64,000 nt of DNA, from NCBI GenBank assembly GCA_002633005.1, contig NMRA01000369.1, positions 271,885-335,884 on the forward strand. Direction: 5' to 3'. The position numbers and the translations under genes are program-made. The notes beneath the pieces were generated by a model. That model had not been told where the DNA came from, searched no databases, and worked only from the letters and a program-made list of their open reading frames with translations. Position 1 is the first letter of the stretch. Each line of letters begins with the position of its first letter. Below, in pieces: positions 27,400 through 38,928 of this stretch. Origin of the DNA: Phoronis australis (taxonomy: Eukaryota; Animalia; Phoronida).

Positions 27400-27912
27400 T
27401 AGAGCACAGAGCCAGGTTCCTTTTTTAAATGACCACTCGAAGGTACTCTTCCGTTTCATCCATGCTCAAAACTTTCAATTGGCCCATCCTCCAGGAAAGA
27501 CGAGCTCAGAACAAACTATCCCTTCTGTACAAGACTGTACATAACCTGGTTGCTATTCCTCACGCATACCTTCCACTCCTTCAGACCACCAGATCACGAA
27601 ACTCGGCATGTGACCCGGTTACATCCCGCGCATCTTTCCATCTACCATTCTACTCTGGCATAGACTCCCAAAATTCGCCATCTCATCATAAACAATAGAA
27701 ATATTCACAAGTCACATCTTGAACATCACTCTTACACAGTAATCATTTTAAGACCTTTTTATCTTGGCACTAACCAGCACTTCACGAGTCGTTTTATCGT
27801 TGTTTTTCACAGTTACGTGCACCTCAGTTTTATACTAACAATGCGCCAACAAGTAAGGATCGATACCACGATCGTTTGTTCATTCTTGGAAGACGAAGAA
27901 GAAGAAGAAGAA
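27400..27912 (+). mobile_element. 5'-truncated non-LTR retrotransposon 3' end (CR1/L2/RTEX-type)
   Basis: ORF text SSVSSMLKTFNWPILQERRAQNKLSLLYKTVHNLVAIP matches the typical post-RT C-terminus of such LINEs; ends in a (GAA)n tail at 27889-27912. Confidence 0.7.
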
Positions 27913-28569
27913 AATTGAATCTGGGAGAGTTCTCAGTGTGCATCAAAAAGACCCACATGGTAGAAGATTACCTATTTTTGACAAAGACCATTTACCAGGA
28001 CAAGGAATTTGCATTTATTCATAAAAAATAAGACTTCCTTGTTTTTGCTAAGCAGATACATTCATGCCCCCAATTGGCGAAGTTGTGTCAAAAAAAGAAA
28101 AGTTTTGGCAAATGTGTTCAAAAACAGCAGTTTCGTGCATGTAGAATCTTTATCCGTGGGAGTTAAATTTGCTCAGTAATTGAGCTGTTAAACTCATTGG
28201 TCACGATCACCGACTTTCTTTTATGTAGTATGGAGGGTAAAAACGAAAGCTATAACCCGGCAGTGTTCCACAGTGGTCGACAAACCGTTGCCAAAGTTCA
28301 TGGCCTTGTCTGTGAGGGCTTTCAGAGACTCGCATCCGAGACTTTCACTTCGTCTCCCGTCAAACAGTTCACTGAGCAGTTATACCTACTATATGAGAAA
28401 ATACGAGCTAGTGCAAATTTTAATCCAACAAGTTTTGAAATCAATGACAAAATTGGCATGAATGTAATTTATTTTGAGGCGAACTCTATTAATCTCACCA
28501 TAGAGGTACATAATTGAATAATGAGTTCCGTGGCGCAAATCAACTGTTAATTAGAGCAAATTCACTTAC

Positions 28570-28900
28570 GAAAAAGTCTTTGAAGTTCTATTTTATCTTT
28601 GCTCTAATGTATATGCTACCACAGCTGCGAAAAAAAGAAACATGAATGTCCTGATAGCTGACACTAGGAAAAAAACCGTTTCAGTTCATTAAGCTCGCCC
28701 ACTGAACGAACTGAACATTCAGATAAGTAGGACCCGGTTTGCTAAATATTTTTACATTGGTGGAAAAGTTTGGAGACAAAAAGAAGTATTGGATTGCCAG
28801 AGAAGTGACAACGCGTCGACGCGCGGTGACAAGTTCGGCGTCCAAGTAACCCGCGCGAACGCTCTGGATTTTAGCCTGACACACATCTGTTGCGTATCGA
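28570..28900 (-). promoter_or_regulatory. Probable VAMP4 non-coding first exon and promoter region
   Basis: The first coding exon has an upstream acceptor at 26299-26300, so a 5'UTR exon is required. A consensus donor gtaagt follows 28570 on the minus strand, and CpG density rises around 28800-28900. The upstream boundary is a guess. Confidence 0.35.
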
Positions 28901-29303
28901 TTGCTAACAGTCTGTTAGCGGCGCTCAACTATACGGGAAATGAGAAACACCTGACATACGGACTAAAATCCTTTGTTTATTATTTGACGAGCAGTCTAAT
29001 GAGAGGATATCTCCTGAATGAAGTACAAAAACAAATATCCTGAAACTAGTTGAGAAAAAACCTCATCGATGTGTGCCGTAGCATGGGCGGCACAGCACTG
29101 AGAAAGTAGGGGGCTATAGCCGCCGTCTATGCGGTAGCCGTTCGGCGGCAAGACTTGATGCAATTACACACGTTAATCCCAGTACTGAGTGGCGATAGTT
29201 GTCATACTGGCGCTGATGCTTGTCCACTACAACAAAGAGATGATCGACAGCGCTTTGAGAAGCGTCCTAGGATGACAAAATTTGTACTTTAGTACTGTGT
29301 ATC

Positions 29304-31707
29304 TCATCACTCGAACCATTGAAAGTGCATTGAGTTAAATTTGCGGTAACCTTGTCTCTTGTTGCATTTGAATGTAAAAAATGAAAACATATTGCGTCGT
29401 TCACTAATTAGCTCCTGAAGACTGGCCCCCAATAAAGTAGAGTCGGTGCCATTTTTTCAAAATATCATCAAAAAGTTCACTGTTTAAGAAATTTGAACTT
29501 GTCACGTTTTACCCAGTGCCCAAGTGTGGGCGGAGGTAATAACTGACCGGTGCTAATAGCTTTCGGTGCGTGATGATACTCTGAAGATTGGTTCGCGTTA
29601 AGGTTGGATCTCATCAATTGTCGGTGTATTTAGTCAATTATCTACAAAACTATATTTTTAGCTCAGTAAGCGTGCATATTTCCTAAAATTAGAAAGCCTG
29701 CAGAACTTCGGGCGAACACTGTGACTGCTGATTCTGTAACTGCAACGCAGCTCAACTGTAAAAAATTATAATTCAACGTCAACTTCAACTCAGCTTCGAT
29801 CTACTCAACTCTATCTCAACGTTTCAACTTAGTCACAGTAACCAGTGTAATACAGTCTCTTACAATGTTCCGGAACATTTCACCAGTAAACAAACCCATT
29901 CCAGACCTTAGCGGATTTCTATAAACACAAACAAGGCTCTAAAATGTTCCAGACCGTGGTTCTATTTTCAAATTAGTTATGTGCTGGAACATTGTTCTAG
30001 AATGTCCAATAGTTTTCTATCCTTAATAAATTAGGTCATCACTAGCTTGACCCCATAGCACGCTCTCCTGGAATATTCTCTAGTATGCTATTGTAAACAA
30101 GCTACATCCGATTACAAGCCTCTAACCCTATGGCTCACGTCAATCGAGAGCTATCTGCTAGTAAACAAGTTGAACGGCAAAATAAAACTAGTTGAAAGGT
30201 CAGGGCTCTTACAAAATGTTTGCCAAGTGCCTGTGAAATGGGAATACATGTGATGCAAAAATTGTTATCGTGAAATTTCACTTTTATTCAAGCATAGTAT
30301 TTCTAGATGGTTTGTTTTTTAAAGGAATGTTACTTCTTAGTTTTAAGGCGTTTTGGGGCAATTTTCTTTCCACTATTTATTTGTACACATGGCCGTCGGC
30401 CTAAAGTACAACAAACAAACAAACGATATCATTGGAGTGCTATGCACACTTGTCAGCAATACACAAATTGTTCCGATTTTTAAATGCGTAGTANTCATCA
30501 CTCGAAGCATTGAAAGTGGAACTTACAACATGTACATTGAATTATATTTACGGTAACCTTGTCTCTTTTTCCATTTGAATGTATTGAAAACATATTGCGT
30601 CGTTCACTAATTAGCTCCTTTAAGACTGGTCCCAAATAAAGTACAGTCGGTGCCATTTTTTTCAAAATATCATCAAAAAGTTCATTGTTTAAGAAATTTG
30701 AACTTGTCACGTTTGAAGTTACCTAGTGGCCAAGGGTGGGCGCATGTAGTAACTGACCGGTGCTAATAGCTTTCGGTGCGTGATGATACTCTGAAGATTG
30801 GTTCGCGTTAAGGTTGGATCTTATCAATTGTCGGTGTATTCAGTCAATTATCTACAAAAATATATTTTTAGCTCAGTAAGCGTGCATATTTCCTAAAATT
30901 AGAAAGCCTGCAGAACTTCGGGCGAACACTGAGACTGCTGATTCTGTAACTGCAACGCAACTCAACTGTAAAAAATTATAATTCAACGTCAACTTCAACT
31001 CAGCTTCGATCTACTCAACTCTATCTCAACGTTTCAACTTAGTCACAGTAACCAGTGTAATACAGTCTCTTACAATGTTCCGGAACATTTCACCAGTAAA
31101 CAAACCCATTCCAGAACTTCGCGGATTTCTATAAACACAAACAAGGCTCTAAAATGTTCCAGACCGTGGTTCTATTTTCAAATTAGTTATGTGCTGGAAC
31201 ATTGTTCTAGAATGTCCAATAGTTTTCTATCCTTAATAAATTAGGTCATCACTAGCTTGACCCCATAGCACACTCTCCTGGAATATTCTCTAGTATGCTA
31301 TTGTAAACAAGCTACATCCGATTACAAGCCTCTGACCCTATGGGTCATGTCAATCGAGAGCTATCTGCTAGTAAACAAGTTGAACGGCAAAATAAAACTA
31401 GTTGAAAGGTCAGGGCTCTTACAAAATGTTTGCCAAGTGCCTGTGAAATGGGAATACATGTGATGCAAAAATTGTTATCGTGAAATTTCACTTTTATTCA
31501 AGCATAGTATTTCTAGATGGTCTGTTTTTTAAAGGAATGTTACTTCTTAGTTTTAAGGCGTTTTGGGGCAATTTCCTTTCCATTATTTATTTGTACACAT
31601 GGCCGTCAGCCTAAAGTACAACAAACAAACAAACAAACGATATCATTGGAGTGCTATGCACACTTGTCAGCAATACACAAGTTGTTCCGATTTTTAGATG
31701 CGTAGTA
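29304..31707. repeat. Apparent ~1.2-kb tandem duplication (29304-30493 / 30495-31707), probably an assembly haplotype overlap
   Basis: Two near-identical copies with scattered SNPs and indels, joined exactly at a single N (30494). Confidence 0.85.
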
Positions 31708-33701
31708 TACATATTTCACAACTGAGGTATCCATATTACATAACAGTCTATGAAATTTAAACAAAGTGGGACTTGTTCAGAGGCTCTCACTTAGAAACTT
31801 AGCTCTGATTTCAGAAAAAGCGTCGCAAACTAACAAAAAGTGATACAATTCCTCGAGCATAATGTACATACTCTGTGTTGATATATCACATTTACAATAC
31901 TTTGGGCAATTTAGTTACTCTTGAATCTTTTCGGTTGATTCTTATACAAACGATATTGAAATCCCACCTAGCGCTAATTAGGTTTAGCCGAAATCGTCAA
32001 GTCTTAACTCTAGTTAGTCTACTTAGCGGCGTTGAATTTTCCCGTTGAAATAAGTACACCAACGAACTCCATTTTTTCAATGCGTAATTCGGAAACGGCT
32101 TGCTGTATTGAAAAAACAAAAAGGAGTTCTACTACACTAGACTGACACTAGAAACTTGGCCCGTTTTACTGCAAAAAACTGCGAGTGTCACCCGCGTTTA
32201 TGTGCATAGCTATCATAACCGGGGACAGGAGTGAAAGTTAACAATGGAACACTGCTTTCATAGTACAGCTTTTTCAGAAGGACATCACTTCCGCTTCGAG
32301 AACTGAAATGCTAATCATTTATTCTCGGAAAAGATTTTTATACCTTTCTTAGAGAGTAGAGCATGTCAATTTGACCAAAAAATATCAAAAAACCAACATT
32401 CTTGAAACCAAACGGGCGCGTCGGCTTTCATGCACTTCTTCGTCCACACAACCTAGCCTCGTCCCGGTCTCAAGCACGCAGTCGCCTTGGTGCAAGACAA
32501 AGACGCTAACCCTCTAAGGTCTCTGTGCAAGCTGAAAATACAGCCAAGTATCTCACTGTAAGGATCGTTTCTTATTTGAAATCACGTGAGTTGACTAGAC
32601 TGGTAGGTGTCGCTACTTTCGGAAAGGCTGTAGATAAAACATAAACATCGTTTCTTTGTAATCATTTTTATGTATCCTGTAGTATAAACAGTACAGTGCG
32701 AAGACAAGTGTATTGTCTGTATTAGATGATTTGTATCACTACTCGAGCTAACATCCCGAAAGGAGTACACACGAAAAGTGGACTTGCAAAGGTGCTGCCG
32801 TTGAGCAAACATCAACTAACGTTTCCAGTGTTAGTAAAATAAAAAGGGTAACTATCGACGAGGTGGCCAATCTGTGTCTACTTTCCGAAAAAAATTTCTT
32901 TGCCGTCCTTGCCGTCATTTTTATAGTGTTTTATACGCCCTTCAACCGCTGTTTTCTCCACCTGGTCGGTAAATTCTAGTCTTGTTTAGTACCCGCCGTA
33001 CCGTTCTAATGCAGTTTTTTACCCTCCCATTCCTTGTAACCATGTTGCGGAGTCTTTGTTTTAACCGATTTTTTACACACGTCGTCATACCTTCCATTTG
33101 TAAACACCCACCCGTTGCCTAACGCGACAGCGTAACTCGTAGGTAACCGGGCAGACAAAATAGATTCAGTTCCCATAAAAATACTGAAGAATAGACCCCC
33201 GCCATTGTTTCGTTGCTCAACCCAGTCATCCGGAAGTATTCTGCCATCAAATTTAGAATAGACCGACAACCGCTAAAAATCGAAAGAAATGCAACCACGT
33301 ACAATGTCCAATACGCAAAATGAGAAATTGGAGAATTTTGAATGAAACACGGATTTTCTATTTTATTTTGCTCACTGAAAATAAATTGTTAGGATTGCAC
33401 ACTGTTTTTGACGAACCTTATTCAACCCGGCTTTCAAAGTCAAACTTTAACAGTGTCCGTGCAGCGTGACTGTAAGTAGCCTGGAGATTGTTTGAGCTAC
33501 AATAGGAGGAACTATGAAATGCTGCAGCAGTCCGAATTAGCTTCGCTCTAGCTAGCAGCCTTCGTGCGAGCCGATAATGAAGTCAAGCTCCTGATTGTAT
33601 TTAGTTTGCGCTCATTTGAAAAGTCACGTGAGTTGACTGGCCTGAAAGCGATCAGTCAGTGACAAGCACTGGACAGTCTTGCACGTCTACCAAACAATAC
33701 G

Positions 33702-34688
33702 CAGTGGCGGATCTAGGATATCACAAGGCGGGGCCAACATTTTGTCTGAAAACATTTGCGTAAAGCACGATTAGATGAGCATTGCACCGAATGGGGGAGC
33801 TCGGTAGGGGGGTTTGCCCCCTCCCGCCCAGGAAAAATTTTCTGTCTTTTCCTCTAAAAATCACGCATTTTCCTTGATTCCTGAAGTATTGAACAAAAAA
33901 AGGCAAAGAAAAAGAAAAAAAAAACACGGATAACGTGTCAAACATGAAAAATTGCAATTACCACAGACTCGAACTCACGATAGAACGCGCGTGCTTTACC
34001 ACTGCACCATCGCGATTTAACTGCTAATTTGATAATAAAAGACCTACTTGTTTATGGTCCACAGCGTTTGCGCGCGAAACTTACATCTTTTTGTAATGCT
34101 TATTACACTTTTATATTTTGTGCAGTCAGTTCTTAACAAATTTGTTGTATTTAAAATAGTCTTCAATTGCCCAAAAGACCAAATCTGTTTTTTTTTGTGT
34201 TGGCATTTATGACGCGATTGCTTTGGAAATCGTTATGGTTTGATAAAAAGAGAATTATGAGTTTCTGAGTGATTCACGAAGGCTTCGATTAAAATTCACA
34301 TCTTACCAGCAGCTTCTGTTTTTTCATCGTCACTCAGATTCCATTTTCTTTGAAAAATGAAGTAAATTTTCTCATTGCACAGTGAAGCAGACGACGGAAA
34401 CGGAGTCGTAGTGCGCAGCGCCACTGCCGGTCGCCTGGGATATCGCGGGAGAGCCTATACTTAGCCATAGTTTCGTTACGATTGAGCCGTGTGCCGAATT
34501 TGACTCTTGAAATTGGATCTGAACACACTAAAACTGCACACATTTAAATCTTGTTTCCGCCGTATAATGTTAATTAGCGGGGTTAATTAATAAACTCAAC
34601 ATTTCCCTACGCTCTTGCTGTTTTATTTTTTGCGGCAGCCAAGGTGGGGAGGGGGTGGGCCCCCTGCCACCCCCTAAATCCGCCTATG
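33702..34688. mobile_element. ~1-kb non-autonomous hAT-like DNA element
   Basis: TIRs cagtggcggatctagg ... cctaaatccgcctatg; near-duplicated flanks aatacg/aatatg; lies about 150 bp beyond the stop of the cephalotoxin-like gene. Confidence 0.6.
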
Positions 34689-34839
34689 AATATGTGACAT
34701 AATAATTGAAGTTGCGAAAGTTTAAATAATCAAATAGATATTAGCACACAGACGTAAGGTTACGTAGCATAAACTTTTCATCGTAAATATCCATGATTGT
34801 CTAGAGCTAGCAATCGAGTTAAGCCAGAAGTGCCGGGTC

Positions 34840-37800
34840 TCAGCCTGTCACAATTTTCCAACGTTCACGTTGACAACCCGATATAACGGACCAATCCAGA
34901 TAAACGCCGGAGCAGGTAGTTGGACTAACTTTAGTTGCTGAGCTTGACAGCCCAAGCCACTTCCCGTCAAATATATAGTGAATAAACACGTAGTCATCTT
35001 CCCTGATATATTCTCCTCGACATGAATGCCTTGTGTCAGTAGAGCATTGGCTCTTTCGATCAGGAGAGAAGATTTTGAATTGCTCGCCAACGCAATCAGA
35101 AGTTGGAACACGGTTTCCGGGACACGTGGAGCGCCCACACTGTGAATCACTGAAAAAATGTTGCCAGCAGCTTATCCAATTGTCGCGATGAATGTTATAC
35201 TGAATGCCAATTTCGTCACCATGTCGTAGAATCGTACCTACATCTCGAGACAAACTAATAATCCGAAACTTTTCCCCTGTGCAATCGCTCCATCGTCGGC
35301 CATATACGTCACACGAAGACAGATAACACGTCCAGTGCCAGCATCCCAACCATTTGCCTGCAAAATCATTTCTCAAAGCAACGATGTCACCAGATCGCAG
35401 TGCCCCGGGACATTGCGAGTGGCTTTCGTCGGCATTGTCACCGCAGTCATCATCGCCATTGCAAAGATAGGCACGAGGTATACATTTTCCCGTGGGACAT
35501 TTGAACTTGTCGTTAGCCGAGCAGCAGCCGCAGCAATATTTCATGTTACACTGCCGTTGTTCTTGTCTAGGAGTGTTGTTATTATCTTTCAAACAGTCTT
35601 CAATGCTTGTCGTTCCTTTGCAGGTTCTCCGACGCGTTTGAAGACCACCACCGCAAGATCTAGAGCAACTTCCCCAACTGCCCCAAGCGCTCCATTGATA
35701 ACGACATTTCCCCTCGGGTACCCAACGTAAAGAAGTGCCATTAGTTTTGCATACATAAGCAATAGACTCTGGCATGCGTTGCTGAGTACAAATCTTTGTA
35801 ACCTTCATTCCTTCATAACTAAGAAGATCTTTACAAAACCTTCCACCAGTGACTTCGCTCAGTTTAAGTTTGCCACAACTGTGCATCCCCCAATAATCTT
35901 GATACTGAATTTGTCGGAATTCAAATTCTGTTTTCAGTCTCTTTGCTTCATCCAAGAACCCGTCACGCTGTTTCTGGGATTTCCCATACTTTTTAATCAG
36001 CCACTCCCTATAGAAGATCAAAACTTCACCCAAAGATTGATCAAGTAGGGCCAGACCCCGCATCAATCCCGAAACAGCATTGTTATATTCCTCGCTGCAG
36101 CCACTCTGTGGATTCTTAGCCAACCATTGCTTTTTAAAACTGTTGTAGAAATCGTCCCCAGGTGAGCTTAGAAGGCCCTTGGCGAGAATCATGTTATACA
36201 GACTTGCCTTCAACTCAAGCTCAGACACAGTTAACATATGTTTTGTAACTGCGTCTCCAAAGGTATCAAAATGTGTATCGCCGTTTTTCATTCTAATATA
36301 GATATCAACGAGAAGTTCAACATCTTTTATCACTTCCCAATGCTTCATTACATTTTGAGAGTGATCAAATAGAGAAATCATGTCTCTCCTCAGGGAGTCA
36401 ATCTGAGTTGAAAGGTTCCGAATTTCAAAGTACGTGTCGACTACCGTTGGCACGTTCAAAACGTATTTAATACTTTCTCTCATACTTGCAATCAACTCTA
36501 GAACCGAGTCATCTGGATTGACGGTTACATCACACGAATCACCTTCAACAAATTCGTTGCATTTGCAGAGAAACGTATTTGTGTGAGGGACTGAACTGCA
36601 CAATCCGTTGTCATTGCATTTTTCGAAACCTACGCATGGATCGAGGCTTGCTCGTGTTCCAGCTGCAATGAAGTCGTGCTTGTATTCGTGTCCTGGTAAA
36701 GTGTCACATCTTTGTTTGGTAAGAAATGTCTCTTCCGAAGCTTTTATATATCTACCCATTCTGCAATCGTCACAACGTGAGAATCTTACCAAGGTCTGGG
36801 TCGTTGGTAAGTCACTGCAACTTGGATATGAGTTCACGTCATCGTACACAACAACGAGCATTCTCTTAACGCCGTCTTCCGCGGTAAAGTATGTTTCACC
36901 TCTCTCGTGTAGGTGACTTCGATCGTCTTTGTCTATCGACGCCACTGCCCATGAGCACCATGGATACCTAAAAGTTTCAACAGGAGTTGTTGAGCACAAA
37001 CGTTGCACAGCCCCATGATAAAGGGAATCAACGCCAAAGATGAGATGAGAAAAGGTTTGCAAAACTTGCAAGGGTTTCACACCGTGCTCCAAAAGGGGAA
37101 GACGCGCATCACCAAGATTTTTAAGTTCTGTTTACATTTCAAAATACTTTCATCATTAATCCGGGGCGATGTACGTAAACGTCAGGGTGGTGGTGCCAAC
37201 ATAGCTATGCCTCTTTGAAGGCAAGGCAAGTTTGTGTGGTTGTGTCTGCTTTTTAATCAACAATGAATTTATTCTACCACTGTCGCGATTTCAATTTAAC
37301 TTGACACATCTTCATGAAAAGTGTAAAACTCTTTTGACGAATTTCGGAAAACGTGAGGAAGTTCTAATTCAATTGTGCAAACTGCAAAACTAAGAAGATT
37401 TAAACGAGGATCCATTGTATTTCATGCTCTTGAATAGATACTACAGATATGTCGTCTTACCTCTCCGCCAAGTGGCTGTACACGGCTTCAACAACTGTTT
37501 CGTCAGGGTTGTTCCTCATGGATTTCAATAGCTTGAGTACGTCGTCCTGGGCAAATTGACGTGTATTTCCCATGCATTGCACGACTTTTCCCTTATACAC
37601 TAGACGGATTCTGTACATGGTTCGAGCCATGTCTGTGAAGCTCTTAGCAGCTCTGTCGTCGTCTCCTTTAAACAGGTGATACGCCAGCACTTGCTGGGCA
37701 GCGAGCCCTGCCAAGCGCTTGACTTGAATCATAAGCATTGACAGTTTGTAGACATCGCATCCCTTTTCTTCAATGAGTCTGAAATACAAAGGCAACAGAT

Positions 37801-38928
37801 ATTTAAAAGAGGTAAAATAATAGGAAGACGGACGGGAGTGAGAAAATGGACTGTCATGTTGCAAGATTATTCATGGTTGAAATTCAAGATGGTTCCCAAG
37901 ACTGAGGTAAGGTGAATTTTAATCAGATTGCATTTGCACATAAAACAAATTTAATTACTTGTCATTTATATTTCAGCAATTTGTTCACGATATAGAGAGA
38001 CCGGTGATCTTTTACAGTTACAAATAATTCTGAATCAGGCATGTTTTGGAGGATAGTTGCAGGGAAAATTACAAGTAGAAAATTTCTGTGTCCATGTGGT
38101 CCTTGAATCAAAATATAAAAACGTGTTTCATAATTAGACTTTGTCCGCCCAGAAAGTACCAACTCATTAAATATTGAGGTCAGAAACATGAACTAGAAAG
38201 CGAAATTTAGCAAACAATTAAAAAATATTGCCACCTTAAGTGTCACTCGTTTTTTCTCAATTCCAAAACATTTGAATATCTTACCTGTCAAAAATGTTGT
38301 TTTGTGTTTCAGTCTCTTGACGCGTGGACATCCGTATCAAACTGTCAATGAGCAAATCGATGTTATTCCTGTCATAATGGTTCACGTATTCCTCTTTTAA
38401 CTTCAAAACTTCCCTCTGGGATTTTTTGGTCACCATATATTGCAAGATTTGCTTGAGTTTCTTGTCACCGTTTTCCACTGCGTTTTCAACTTCATTAAAA
38501 CCGGATAGCATTTGATGGAAAATAAAAGCATTTTTCAGATCGTCAAGTTTTTCGTTGATTAAGTTAACACCATGCATCAATTCTTCGAGTTGTTCTTAAA
38601 CGCGAGATTGTGAGTTCTCGAACAAGCCTATAATTTCATAAATGACAGTAAAAATGTTAAAGAAACCTAAATAGCTGGCAATCGATGATGCTGCTCTCGT
38701 GACAACCTTTAGCACTGGAAAGACCATAGAGGGAGCTGTTGACTTAAAACGACGTGTGACTATAGCGGTATCCTTTTCTATGTCCGCAGCAAGCGGCTTA
38801 ATGCGATGTATAAGAAATTCCATCTTTACCACAGCAACATCAGTAGAGTTTACCTTAGCGCTGGATGGCGGAATTCGAAATACCAAGGCCACCGCGGCCC
38901 ACCAAATTAAACAAGCCACGGCTATCAT
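34840..38928 (-). CDS. SE-cephalotoxin-like secreted protein (signal peptide, amphipathic/coiled-coil region, EGF, Sushi-like, TSP1, LDLa, Cys-rich C-terminal repeat domain) with one in-frame TAA; possible pseudogene or null allele
   Basis: Exons 38928-38285, 37778-37461, 36967-34840 (TGA), both introns phase 2, total 1029 codons. Signal peptide [24 protein letters not shown]; EGF CNDNGLC...FLCKC...GDSC; TSP1 [25 protein letters not shown]; LDLa [28 protein letters not shown]. Domain order and length match SE-cephalotoxin as I recall it. In-frame TAA at 38596-38598. Confidence 0.75.

Noticed and set aside
29304-31707. 1.2-kb tandem duplication as a real segmental duplication
   Set aside because: The junction is exactly a single N and the copies differ only at allelic level, typical of two haplotype contig ends scaffolded in tandem. 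Read depth or long reads would decide.
36968-37092. N-terminal 42 aa of the 750-aa ORF as a true start
   Set aside because: Non-ATG start; the segment is intron sequence upstream of the acceptor at 36968-36969, and the real 5' exons are at 37461-38928.
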